Shown: positions 37,652-45,697, counted from the stretch's first letter. The stretch is 64,000 nt of DNA from an uncultured Candidatus Saccharibacteria bacterium (GCA_964483315.1 CAZAAL010000003.1:23997-87996), one strand, 5' to 3'. A program made the numbers and translations. Notes: generated by a model from the letters alone, not told the origin.

Positions 37652-38038
37652 ATGGCTCACATTTTATTAATAGAGCCAGATATGTTACTGGCAAATAGCA
37701 TTAGGCAGTATCTTAAGTCACTAGGTCATAGTTTGCAGTGGCGTTCGTCAGCCCAGTCAGCAATCAATGGAGCAGACGAGACGCTGCCAGACATTGTAAT
37801 TTTAGAACTCCAGCTACCTGGTCATAGTGGCATAGAATTTTTATACGAATTTAAGTCTTACCCTGAGTGGCAGGCAGTGCCAGTGATTATCTTAAGCACG
37901 CTTGATGAAAGCGAAATTGCTTGCTCAAGTATTTTACTTGGTCCACTCGATGTGGTGTCGTATCATCACAAACATTACACGAGCCTGCAACAAATTGCAG
38001 ACGCAGTCGATCAAGCTTTAGCCGTTGCTCAAAAATGA
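37652..38038 (+). CDS. Receiver-domain-like protein with Glu at the predicted phospho-acceptor position
   Basis: CheY-like pattern (ILLIEPD ... DIVILELQLPG ... VIILST ... K), but the beta3 position usually held by Asp reads Glu (ILELQLPG). Confidence 0.6.
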   Translation: MAHILLIEPDMLLANSIRQYLKSLGHSLQWRSSAQSAINGADETLPDIVILELQLPGHSGIEFLYEFKSYPEWQAVPVIILSTLDESEIACSSILLGPLDVVSYHHKHYTSLQQIADAVDQALAVAQK

Positions 38039-38715
38039 ATCAGGTAGCTACAAAAGGGGTAGTAATAGCACGTACTAATTTTGGCGAGGCCGATAGAATC
38101 TTAACTATCATTACGCCAGACCACGGTGTTATTAGCGTAATTGCCAAAGGAGTTCGTAAGCAAAAAAGTAAACTAGCGGGTGGTATCGAACTTTTTAGCG
38201 AATCAGACATTACCTATATAAAAGGGAGGGGTGAAATAAGTACTTTAATTTCAACTAGACTTATAAAACACTATTCAAAAATTACCTCTGAGGTAAATCG
38301 CACATTGCTTGGTTATGAGTTTTTAAAACAAACGAAAGCAATTAGCTCCGAACACTGCGAGCCTGACCATTATGATCTTGTTGCAACCTCGCTTAAATGG
38401 CTTAATAAAACAAAAATTCCAATTAATGTTACTGAACTTTGGTTTTTTGCTCGGCTTTTATGGCTAGATGGACGGATGCCCAATCTAACTAGCGATAAGT
38501 ATGGTAAAAATTTAAGTGCAGGCAATGCCTATAATTTTAACTACGAATCAATGTGCTTTGAGCCAAGCGAGTCAGGCAAGTTAAATGCTAGCCATATAAA
38601 ACTTTTAAGACTTTCCGTAGCAAAAACCCCAAGCGTACTATCAAAAGTGATTGTTGACGAAACTCGGCTAAACCAAACCCTAGGATTGATAAAATCGATA
38701 TTTAGCTACAAGTAA
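38035..38715 (+). CDS. recO: DNA repair protein RecO
   Basis: N-terminal OB fold (KGVVIARTNFGEADRILTIITPDHGVISVIAKGVRK). ATGA overlap with the preceding gene. The upstream part of tracked ORF 37921 overlaps the receiver gene and was dropped. Confidence 0.75.
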   Translation: MNQVATKGVVIARTNFGEADRILTIITPDHGVISVIAKGVRKQKSKLAGGIELFSESDITYIKGRGEISTLISTRLIKHYSKITSEVNRTLLGYEFLKQTKAISSEHCEPDHYDLVATSLKWLNKTKIPINVTELWFFARLLWLDGRMPNLTSDKYGKNLSAGNAYNFNYESMCFEPSESGKLNASHIKLLRLSVAKTPSVLSKVIVDETRLNQTLGLIKSIFSYK

Positions 38716-38770
38716 TAAGTCATAATCTACAAACCAATCTATACGAAGGGCTTCACTTTAGCTATAATCT

Positions 38771-40147
38771 ATGCAAATGGTTAAGCTTGATGAAATCGTT
38801 TCTTTGGCTAAGCGCAGAGGATTTATTTACCAGGGCAGTGAGGTCTATGGTGGACTAGCAGGAACCTGGGACTATGGACCGCTTGGGGTAGCCCTTAAAA
38901 AGAATATAACCGATCTGTGGTGGAAAAAATTCGTCGAAGAACGTGACGATATGTATGGCGTTGACTCGGCAATTTTAATGAACCAAAAAGTATGGCAAGC
39001 AAGTGGTCACGCTAACGGCTTTAACGACCCAATGGTTGAATGCAGTAACTGCAAAGCCAGATTAAGGTCCGATCATGTAGTTGATGGCAAATGTTCAGTC
39101 TGTGGCAAAGAGGGAACGCTAGGCGAGCCCAGACAGTTTAACATGATGTTTCGTACAATTGTTGGTCCAGCTTCAAGAGAAGACCTAGATTATGATCACC
39201 GACCAGACGGCTCGATTGTTGCTAACATGACTGCAAATTTGAATAACAAACCAGAAGTGGTTAAAGTACAAAATAGTGGCTTAACCTATCTTCGTCCCGA
39301 AACGGCGCAAGGTATTTTTACTAATTTTAAAAATGTCGTCGATAGTTTTTATCCGGACATTCCATTTGGGATCGCCCAAATTGGCAAAGCTTTCCGTAAC
39401 GAAATTAGCCCAAGGGATTTTGTGTTCAGGAGTCGTGAGTTTGAGCAGATGGAAGTTGAATATTTTATACCCGAAAAAGATTGGGAACAGATGTTTGAAG
39501 GCTGGGTTATGGGCATCGAAAAATTTTTAGAAGAACTAGGCCTGCCAGCAGACAAAATCCACAAACTTGAAGTGCCCGAAAACGATAGGGCGCACTATAG
39601 TAAACGAACTATCGACTTTGAGTTTGATTTTCCACATGGCCGTGATGAACTTTTAGGCTTAGCATATCGCACCAATTTCGACCTTATGAATATTCAAAAT
39701 GCTTCTGGGAGGAGCATGGAATACCGCCCTAAAGATGGTAGCGAGCCATTTGTACCCCATGTAATTGAACCAAGCTTCGGGGTTGAAAGAATGATTATGG
39801 CTGTGCTTAGTTCGGCTTATACAGAAGATGAGGTGAGTGGTGAAAAGCGAGTATTCTTAAAACTGCCATTCGAGCTAGCGCCAATAAAATACGCCGTCAG
39901 TCCGCTATTAAAAAATAAACCCGAGCTGGTTGAAAAAGCCAAAGAGGTTTATTCTGCGCTTAAAAAACAACACGGCAATGTTATGTGGGATGACAACGGC
40001 AATATTGGTAAACGCTACCGTAGGCAAGATGAAATTGGCACACCCTACTGTGTAACAATCGACTTTCAAACTCTTGAGGATGATACTGTGACAGTCCGCG
40101 ATCGCGACACCACGACCCAAACCCGCCAAAAAATTTCCGAGTTCTAA
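38771..40147 (+). CDS. glyQS: Glycine--tRNA ligase, dimeric (alpha2) type
   Basis: AKRRGFIYQGSEVYGGLAGTWDYGPLG N-terminus, class II motifs (FRNEISPR, FEQMEVEYF) and a C-terminal anticodon-binding domain. The start could be ATG 38777. Confidence 0.9.
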   Translation: MQMVKLDEIVSLAKRRGFIYQGSEVYGGLAGTWDYGPLGVALKKNITDLWWKKFVEERDDMYGVDSAILMNQKVWQASGHANGFNDPMVECSNCKARLRSDHVVDGKCSVCGKEGTLGEPRQFNMMFRTIVGPASREDLDYDHRPDGSIVANMTANLNNKPEVVKVQNSGLTYLRPETAQGIFTNFKNVVDSFYPDIPFGIAQIGKAFRNEISPRDFVFRSREFEQMEVEYFIPEKDWEQMFEGWVMGIEKFLEELGLPADKIHKLEVPENDRAHYSKRTIDFEFDFPHGRDELLGLAYRTNFDLMNIQNASGRSMEYRPKDGSEPFVPHVIEPSFGVERMIMAVLSSAYTEDEVSGEKRVFLKLPFELAPIKYAVSPLLKNKPELVEKAKEVYSALKKQHGNVMWDDNGNIGKRYRRQDEIGTPYCVTIDFQTLEDDTVTVRDRDTTTQTRQKISEF

Positions 40148-40252
40148 CAACATCCTTGCTACTGAGTAGGGTCAATTACCTGCATAAATTTCAAGGGATT
40201 GGCTTATTGAAGTTGAGTAAGTAAAACTGTAAGCAACTTTATTGATTAATGC

Positions 40253-40642
40253 CTAACAAAGCTTTTCTAATTTTGGGACTTTTGCAAAAAGTATAGCCCC
40301 GTCAAGACCTGTACCGACGGGAGCATTTTGAATTTGTGGCTCTGCACAACCAGCCTGAGCGACTGTAAGCCAATGGTTTCTAAACTGCCTACTAAGTTGA
40401 CCAACAGATTTTATTGCATTGTCTTTTTCGACAATACTGACCATCTCTTTAGTGGCAATTGTACCAACCGACTCGCCCAGTCTCATCAAAGCAACCTGCT
40501 CAATAGCAGTACCTACATGCGAATAAATAATGCCCGGGTGAGTAAGTAGCCTGGTTCTTAAAGTATCTAAATCTGCTTCGGACTCACCCAAAAACCGCCC
40601 ACCCTCAAAATATATGCCTATTGGTCGAAAATCTCCCGACAT
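40253..40642 (-). CDS. Hypothetical protein
   Basis: 129-aa ORF, the only minus-strand gene in this stretch. No motif recognised. Confidence 0.4.
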   Translation of the reverse strand: MSGDFRPIGIYFEGGRFLGESEADLDTLRTRLLTHPGIIYSHVGTAIEQVALMRLGESVGTIATKEMVSIVEKDNAIKSVGQLSRQFRNHWLTVAQAGCAEPQIQNAPVGTGLDGAILFAKVPKLEKLC

Positions 40643-40688
40643 ATTCTAATTATAAATTAAAAAATAAAAATCAGAGTAAAATATACTA

Positions 40689-40904
40689 ATGACGCAGTTA
40701 CTTGAAAGGCCTCCAATTACAAACACCGAAAAACCAGAACCGGAATTTATTCATTTTCATCAAACTCCGTCTAAGGCTGAGTTAGCGCCACAGCCTGCCG
40801 TGCAATTCATAACAGGTAAACTTGCTAGGACGATAATTTTGCAGGTAAAGGCCGAACGGATTGCTAGGGATTTTATGGACGGTAAATTTGGGCGGATAAC
40901 CTAA
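40689..40904 (+). CDS. Hypothetical small protein
   Basis: 71-aa ORF, first gene of a tightly packed three-gene unit. No motif recognised. Confidence 0.35.
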   Translation: MTQLLERPPITNTEKPEPEFIHFHQTPSKAELAPQPAVQFITGKLARTIILQVKAERIARDFMDGKFGRIT

Positions 40905-40905
40905 G

Positions 40906-41409
40906 ATGCAAAAAGTCGTAGTAAATGACAAAATGCAGTCAAATTATGCCTACGTTCTAACCGAACTGGCAGGTAAAAATTTTGACCCAGAGTTTAAGAC
41001 TGAGCTAACTCCAAAACAAATGCTTGAGTTAGGCGTTTTTGGTGGTGTTTATATGCGTGATTGTCGGGATGAGTTCCCAGATGATTGGTTCAATAATGCG
41101 AGATTTAGCCCACATAAGGCGGATGCTAAGTACAATTTTTTTGAGGTCATTGCCAGTCAGCCATTAAATGAGTGGCAACGCAAAGGATGGATTAATGAGG
41201 AAGATCCTCGGGGTTGGTTTCAGTGGTATTGCCGATATTATATGGGCCGAAGAATAAAAGATGAGGACGCGAGGCAAATTAAACGCTGGAAGGCAATAAA
41301 AAGACATGTTAGCCAAATAAATGCTAACTGTCATCCGGGTGATTTAACGTGCAGGCGCCGACAGCGCCAAGCATTATTGCACTGGGCGTACGATAGCCGG
41401 AAAATATAA
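40906..41409 (+). CDS. Conserved-looking hypothetical protein (Trp/Arg-rich PRGWFQWYCRYYMGRR motif)
   Basis: 167-aa ORF starting 2 nt after the upstream stop. Strongly patterned aromatic/basic motifs suggest a real folded domain, but I cannot name the family. Confidence 0.5.
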   Translation: MQKVVVNDKMQSNYAYVLTELAGKNFDPEFKTELTPKQMLELGVFGGVYMRDCRDEFPDDWFNNARFSPHKADAKYNFFEVIASQPLNEWQRKGWINEEDPRGWFQWYCRYYMGRRIKDEDARQIKRWKAIKRHVSQINANCHPGDLTCRRRQRQALLHWAYDSRKI

Positions 41410-41411
41410 TC

Positions 41412-41714
41412 ATGGAAGAAATAGGGCATACACCAGTCGAAGAACGTGTTTCATTAGGTAAAGGAATGACTAAGGTTGTACTTAAATCATATTTTCGAGC
41501 TGTCCCCGTTCCAGAAAACTCTGATCTTTCCTTAACTATTGCACGTATAGCTGGTCAAAGTCTATCGGTTGAAGGGAAAAAGTTTGGGCGCGGTGATGCA
41601 ATGCGAAAGGAAGCTAAAAAGCATTATGCTAAACGTAATAAAAGATCAAAAAGAATGACAGACGAAGAGATGTATGGGTTAACTGATAATCAATCGACTG
41701 AACAGGACTATTAA
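41412..41714 (+). CDS. Hypothetical protein with a basic C-terminal half
   Basis: 100-aa ORF starting 3 nt after the upstream stop. No motif recognised. Confidence 0.4.
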   Translation: MEEIGHTPVEERVSLGKGMTKVVLKSYFRAVPVPENSDLSLTIARIAGQSLSVEGKKFGRGDAMRKEAKKHYAKRNKRSKRMTDEEMYGLTDNQSTEQDY

Positions 41715-41760
41715 ATGTCGCTATGCCAAGTGATTTTCGATAAAGAGTATAATAAAAGGT

Positions 41761-42285
41761 ATGCTACTAAAAACACTATTGATTGTCATTGTGGTTGCGG
41801 CAGTTACAAGCGCCGGAACTTACTTTTTATTAGAAAATAAAGACGATAATTCAAGTAATAATACCGATACAACGACAGGTCAAAGTAGCAGTAAAACACA
41901 AACCACAGATAACAACGTGGCAGATTATTCAAATAAAGGATTGAGCGAATTTCCAAAAACCGCTTTAAAAGATTCGAGCATTACATATCTAAATCTTTCA
42001 GGCAATAATCTAACTGGCGCACTACCATCAGAGATTGGTAGATTAACCAATCTAGAGGTACTTATAGTTAGCAATAATCAAATGACGGGCATACCGGCCG
42101 AAATAGGTAAATTAACTAAGCTAAAGACGCTAGATTATTCAAATAATAAAATTACTGGTTTGCCACTTGAGCTGGGTAACTTAAAACAGCTCGAAACATT
42201 TAATCTAAGCGGTAATCCAAACGTAAGTCAGTACGACTTAAATAAATTAAAAGCCAACCTTCCCAATACAAATATTATTTTATAA
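41761..42285 (+). CDS. Membrane-anchored leucine-rich repeat (LRR) protein
   Basis: N-terminal TM helix, Ser/Thr/Asn-rich linker, then about 5 tandem 23-24-aa LRRs (LxxLxLSxNxLTGxLPxEIGxLTxL). Confidence 0.75.
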   Translation: MLLKTLLIVIVVAAVTSAGTYFLLENKDDNSSNNTDTTTGQSSSKTQTTDNNVADYSNKGLSEFPKTALKDSSITYLNLSGNNLTGALPSEIGRLTNLEVLIVSNNQMTGIPAEIGKLTKLKTLDYSNNKITGLPLELGNLKQLETFNLSGNPNVSQYDLNKLKANLPNTNIIL

Positions 42286-42287
42286 AA

Positions 42288-42509
42288 ATGCAGTTTGAGG
42301 TAATTGTAAAAACTGGTAGTAAACACGGCCCTTTAGTTGAGGCTAATGCTGACGGTAGTATGAAAGTTTATTTAAGAGAGCAAGCTCTTGAGGGCAAAGC
42401 AAACGCCAAATTAATCGAGATGATAGCTAAGCATTTTGATGTATCAAAATCACGTGTAAAAATAATTAAAGGTCTATCGTCAAAATACAAACTAATTAGA
42501 ATCGAGTAA
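42288..42509 (+). CDS. DUF167 (YggU-like) family protein
   Basis: 73 aa with an EGKANAKLIEMIAKHF...VKIIKGLSSKYKLI pattern typical of DUF167. Confidence 0.65.
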   Translation: MQFEVIVKTGSKHGPLVEANADGSMKVYLREQALEGKANAKLIEMIAKHFDVSKSRVKIIKGLSSKYKLIRIE

Positions 42510-42529
42510 ATTCTGATAATATAAAGCCA

Positions 42530-43060
42530 ATGAGAATTTTAAAAAAGAAAAAGCCAAACTATGCCTTTATAGATAATCAAAACCTCAACATGGGAGTCCA
42601 AAAGGCCGGTTTTAAGATGAACTGGCGTAAATTCCGAGAATTTTTACGCGAAAAATACGATGTTGAAAAAGCCTACATGTTTATTGGTTATATGCAGGAT
42701 AACGAGGAGCTGTATAAACAAATGCACGACCTAGGCTTTTTGGTAGTGCTCAAACCTACGGTTGGGATGTTTAACGAATCAGACAATAAGCCAACAGATC
42801 AAAAACAAGCTATTAAAGGCAATGTTGATGCTGACTTAGTTTTATATGCAATAAAAGAGATGCCAAATTATGAAAAGGCAGTTATTGTGTCGGGAGATGG
42901 CGATTTTTATGGCTTAATAGAATATTTAGCATCAAAGCAAAAACTCAAAAAAATACTCGTTCCAAATCGCCAATATTCGAGCTTATTAAAACAGTTCGAT
43001 AAGTATGTAGTTCGACTCGACAACTATCGCCGAGAGCTCCGATACTATACTAAAAAGTAA
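42530..43060 (+). CDS. NYN domain (LabA/DUF88-like) putative ribonuclease
   Basis: N-terminal FIDNQNL and C-terminal VSGDGDF acidic motifs characteristic of NYN/PIN-like nucleases. Confidence 0.7.
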   Translation: MRILKKKKPNYAFIDNQNLNMGVQKAGFKMNWRKFREFLREKYDVEKAYMFIGYMQDNEELYKQMHDLGFLVVLKPTVGMFNESDNKPTDQKQAIKGNVDADLVLYAIKEMPNYEKAVIVSGDGDFYGLIEYLASKQKLKKILVPNRQYSSLLKQFDKYVVRLDNYRRELRYYTKK

Positions 43061-43084
43061 CCTGCTTAAGGTACAATTAAGCTA

Positions 43085-44353
43085 ATGTATAAACAAGAAG
43101 ATTTTGGGGAGGATTTTTTGTGGGGTGCCTCAACTGCCAGTCACCAGGTTGAAGGACATACCCATAATCAGTGGACGGTTTGGGAAGCCGTTAACAGTGT
43201 TGATTTAGCAAAAAACGCCAAGCAAAGAATCGGTTGGGTGCCATCTTGGACTAAGATTGATCACCAAGCCAAAGATCCAGATAATTACGTTAGTGGGGCT
43301 GGGGTAGATCACTATAACAGATACCAGGAAGATTTTGATCTTATTAAGGAGCTAAACTTAAAGGCATTTAGATTTGGGGTAGAGTGGTCACGAATCGAAC
43401 CAGAGCCTGGGCACTTTGACCAATCAGCAATCAAGCATTATCAAAAGTACATTAATGAACTTAAAAACCGAAAGATTATACCAATAATTAACCTGTGGCA
43501 CTGGACAATGCCTATTTGGTTTACCGAATTAGATGGGTTCGAAAAGTCATCAAATATAAAATATTTTGAAGAGTTTGTAGATGTAATCTATGAACCAATC
43601 ATTTCAAAGTGCAAGTGGGTGATAATTTTAAATGAGCCGAACATTTATAGTTTTATGTCATATTTTAGTGGCGAATGGCCACCCAACAACAAATCTATGC
43701 TAAAAACCTATAATGTTTATAAAAACTTACTTAAAACTCATAAAAGGGTTTATAAAAACTTAAAGCAAAAAAACCCTAGGCTAAAGGTTGGATCTTGCCC
43801 GCAACTGGTAAGTAACGTACCTAAAAATCCAAAAAAACTAACTCACAAAATAGGCGCTGGCTTGGCTGATTACATCAATAATTGGTACTGGCAAAACAGG
43901 GTAAAAAACTACCAGGACTACATTGGTTTTAACAATTATTTTAAAAATTATGTAAATGGGATTGGTTTAAATGCGATAGATAATCCTAATAAGCCACTGA
44001 ACGATCTAGGATGGTATATGGAGCCAAAGGCGGTTGGCGAGATAGCGCTGAAAATTGCCAAAAAATATCCTGGATTTCCGATAATAATTACCGAAAACGG
44101 GGTCGCAGATAGCCAAGACGATTTTAGGCAATGGTGGCTAGAGCAAACAATGCAAGCAATTGCTGAAGCTAAAAAAGATGGAGCAAATATTGTAGGCTAT
44201 ATGCACTGGAGCTTACTAGATAATTTTGAATGGGCTTACGGATGGTGGCCTAAATTTGGATTAATTGAAGTTGATAGACACAACGACATGAAACGTACAA
44301 TTAGGCCAAGCGCTAAATGGTGGGCTAACGAGCTAAAAAAACTCCAAAAATAA
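43085..44353 (+). CDS. Glycoside hydrolase family 1 beta-glucosidase/galactosidase
   Basis: FLWGASTASHQVEG N-terminus, acid/base LNEPN, nucleophile ITENG, and C-terminal HWSLLDNFEW. Confidence 0.88.
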   Translation: MYKQEDFGEDFLWGASTASHQVEGHTHNQWTVWEAVNSVDLAKNAKQRIGWVPSWTKIDHQAKDPDNYVSGAGVDHYNRYQEDFDLIKELNLKAFRFGVEWSRIEPEPGHFDQSAIKHYQKYINELKNRKIIPIINLWHWTMPIWFTELDGFEKSSNIKYFEEFVDVIYEPIISKCKWVIILNEPNIYSFMSYFSGEWPPNNKSMLKTYNVYKNLLKTHKRVYKNLKQKNPRLKVGSCPQLVSNVPKNPKKLTHKIGAGLADYINNWYWQNRVKNYQDYIGFNNYFKNYVNGIGLNAIDNPNKPLNDLGWYMEPKAVGEIALKIAKKYPGFPIIITENGVADSQDDFRQWWLEQTMQAIAEAKKDGANIVGYMHWSLLDNFEWAYGWWPKFGLIEVDRHNDMKRTIRPSAKWWANELKKLQK

Positions 44354-44362
44354 AACATATCA

Positions 44363-44391
44363 TTGACATTTAATACAACTTATGCTAATAT
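44363..44391 (+). promoter_or_regulatory. Sigma-70-type promoter TTGACA-N17-TAATAT
   Basis: -35 at 44363-44368 and -10 at 44386-44391. The predicted TSS coincides with ATG 44398, so the mRNA may be leaderless. Confidence 0.5.
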
Positions 44392-44397
44392 GTATGC

Positions 44398-44784
44398 ATG
44401 AGCGAAAAACAAAATTCCCCAGAAAAAAAACCAAAAAAAATTACAGTTAAATATATTGGTCAGCGTGCGCTGATTGCGGCTGGCACTGTCGGCGCTACAG
44501 TAGCTTTGATGGGTGCTAATCAAGGGGAACAAGCAGATCCCGTAGTAATTAATAAGGCACACAAAGTTTATTCTGCAAAGGCGGGAGATACTGAATGGTC
44601 AATAGGCTCTAGGGCTTATCCAGAGATGAATGAGCTCGAGGCGCAACAGTTAGTTGACGCTCAAAATCCAAATGAAAATCACCTTGTGCAACCTGGCCAA
44701 AAGTTTGAGTTTGGAACAGACGCTGAAATAGGGAAAGTAGTTGATCCGTCAAAGGAACACCTAGGTAGCGGTGCAGAGGGTTAA
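44398..44784 (+). CDS. Membrane-anchored LysM-like domain protein
   Basis: Basic N-terminus, TM helix, then YSAKAGDTEWSIGSRAY...LVQPGQKFEF, which resembles a LysM repeat. Confidence 0.55.
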   Translation: MSEKQNSPEKKPKKITVKYIGQRALIAAGTVGATVALMGANQGEQADPVVINKAHKVYSAKAGDTEWSIGSRAYPEMNELEAQQLVDAQNPNENHLVQPGQKFEFGTDAEIGKVVDPSKEHLGSGAEG

Positions 44785-44836
44785 GCCTCCACCATATATT
44801 GTGTATAAATCCTGATAAGAGAAAAACTGTGGATAA

Positions 44837-44862
44837 GTAGCCGTGCAAACGGCTACTTTTTT
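44837..44862 (+). terminator. Rho-independent terminator
   Basis: GTAGCCG-tgcaaa-CGGCTAC hairpin followed by T6. Confidence 0.6.
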
Positions 44863-44873
44863 ATAAAAAAGAC

Positions 44874-44902
44874 TTGCAGTGGGTACGCGTGGGTAGTATA
44901 TT
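44874..44902 (+). promoter_or_regulatory. Putative dcw-cluster promoter TTGCAG-N17-TATATT
   Basis: -35 at 44874-44879 and -10 at 44897-44902, about 80 nt upstream of the mraZ ATG. Overlaps the GTGGGT repeat array. Confidence 0.5.
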
Positions 44903-44926
44903 CATGTCAGTGGGTCAAAGTGGGTA
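44879..44926 (+). promoter_or_regulatory. Four direct GTGGGT(A/C) boxes, a candidate MraZ operator
   Basis: GTGGGTA at 44879, 44889 and 44920, and GTGGGTC at 44910. Start-to-start spacing is 10, 21 and 10 bp, all on the same helical face. Confidence 0.55.
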
Positions 44927-44980
44927 GTCAAAGTACAAGACTAACCACCAAAAAACAAAAACCACTAGCAGATCAAAAAT

Positions 44981-45340
44981 ATGGCTACCGTAGACTACTT
45001 TGAACGAAGGCTTGACGAAAAAAGGCGGTTAACCATACCGGCCGAGTTAAGAGCCGAGTTTAGTAGCGGATGGGTAGTCACAAAAGGGTTTAAAAATTAT
45101 CTGCATCTGTATCCCAAAGCTATCTGGGACGAGCAGGTCGAGCCGAAACTTCAAGGCAGTATCCTTGATGAAGAAACGGCAGACCTTAACGTTAAGTTTA
45201 GGATGGGAAAGACAGAGGGTGAGCTCGATCAAAAGCAAGGTCGAATAACCTTAGAACAACATCTACTTGATTACGCGGGTATTGGACGCGAAGTCATGGC
45301 AGTCAGGGCAGGACGCTACTGGCGAGTTGTTGGTAGATAA
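44981..45340 (+). CDS. mraZ: Division/cell-wall cluster transcriptional regulator MraZ (short form)
   Basis: Two SpoVT/AbrB-like half-domains with LDEKRRLTIP (DxxxR) and LDQKQGRITL. First gene of the dcw cluster, upstream of rsmH. Confidence 0.75.
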   Translation: MATVDYFERRLDEKRRLTIPAELRAEFSSGWVVTKGFKNYLHLYPKAIWDEQVEPKLQGSILDEETADLNVKFRMGKTEGELDQKQGRITLEQHLLDYAGIGREVMAVRAGRYWRVVGR

Positions 45341-45410
45341 GTCGAGCCAGGGCACTTTAAAAATTTAGCTTAGTAATTATTAATTACTATTTTTCTAGGT
45401 CAGCTATTTG

Positions 45411-45621
45411 GCAGTCAGCCGGTGGCCAAGGGCACCATCGTTATCAAGACCCTTGCACCTTCTCACATATAACACCTCCCAAAACTCCACCTCACATTAA
45501 AAAGTCTCTCACGAAACTTTTCGGCTGAAGCAAGCAGGATTGACGCAGTAGTGCGTAGCCCTGTCTATCGTGCCTCAGCCAAACAAAAACAAAAACAACA
45601 CAAAAACAAAACGCTGACTGC
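45411..45621 (+). ncRNA. Candidate structured RNA element in the mraZ-rsmH spacer (unassigned)
   Basis: Closing helix GCAGTCAGC (45411-45419) / GCTGACTGC (45613-45621), extendable to 12 bp with a G-U that is valid only on the + strand. Internal hairpins ACGCA-gtag-TGCGT (45543-45556) and GGCTGAAGC/GCCTCAGCC (45523-45580). No credible ORF. Confidence 0.3.
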
Positions 45622-45697
45622 TAATTAGGTGACCTTGAAAACAAAAACAAAAAAGCCAAAAGGGCATAACCCCGATGGCACAAGAAAAACACGCGAG

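Noticed and set aside
37921-38034. The N-terminal extension of the recO ORF (tracked start 37921), and similarly the upstream starts at 34273 for xseA, 26379 for the CHAP protein and 14516 for the membrane protein.
   Set aside because: The extensions overlap the preceding gene in another frame and add non-homologous sequence. Internal ATGs (38035, 34324, 26424 and 14537) give canonical N-termini and typical ATGA or short overlaps. For 26424, the inferred promoter also lies downstream of the upstream ATGs.
44828-44836. Perfect DnaA boxes TGTGGATAA at 44828-44836 and 57784-57792, plus near-matches at 53505 and 61541, raised the possibility of a replication origin.
   Set aside because: The boxes are isolated and kilobases apart rather than clustered. 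No dnaA or dnaN gene is in the window. Single 9-mers are expected occasionally by chance.
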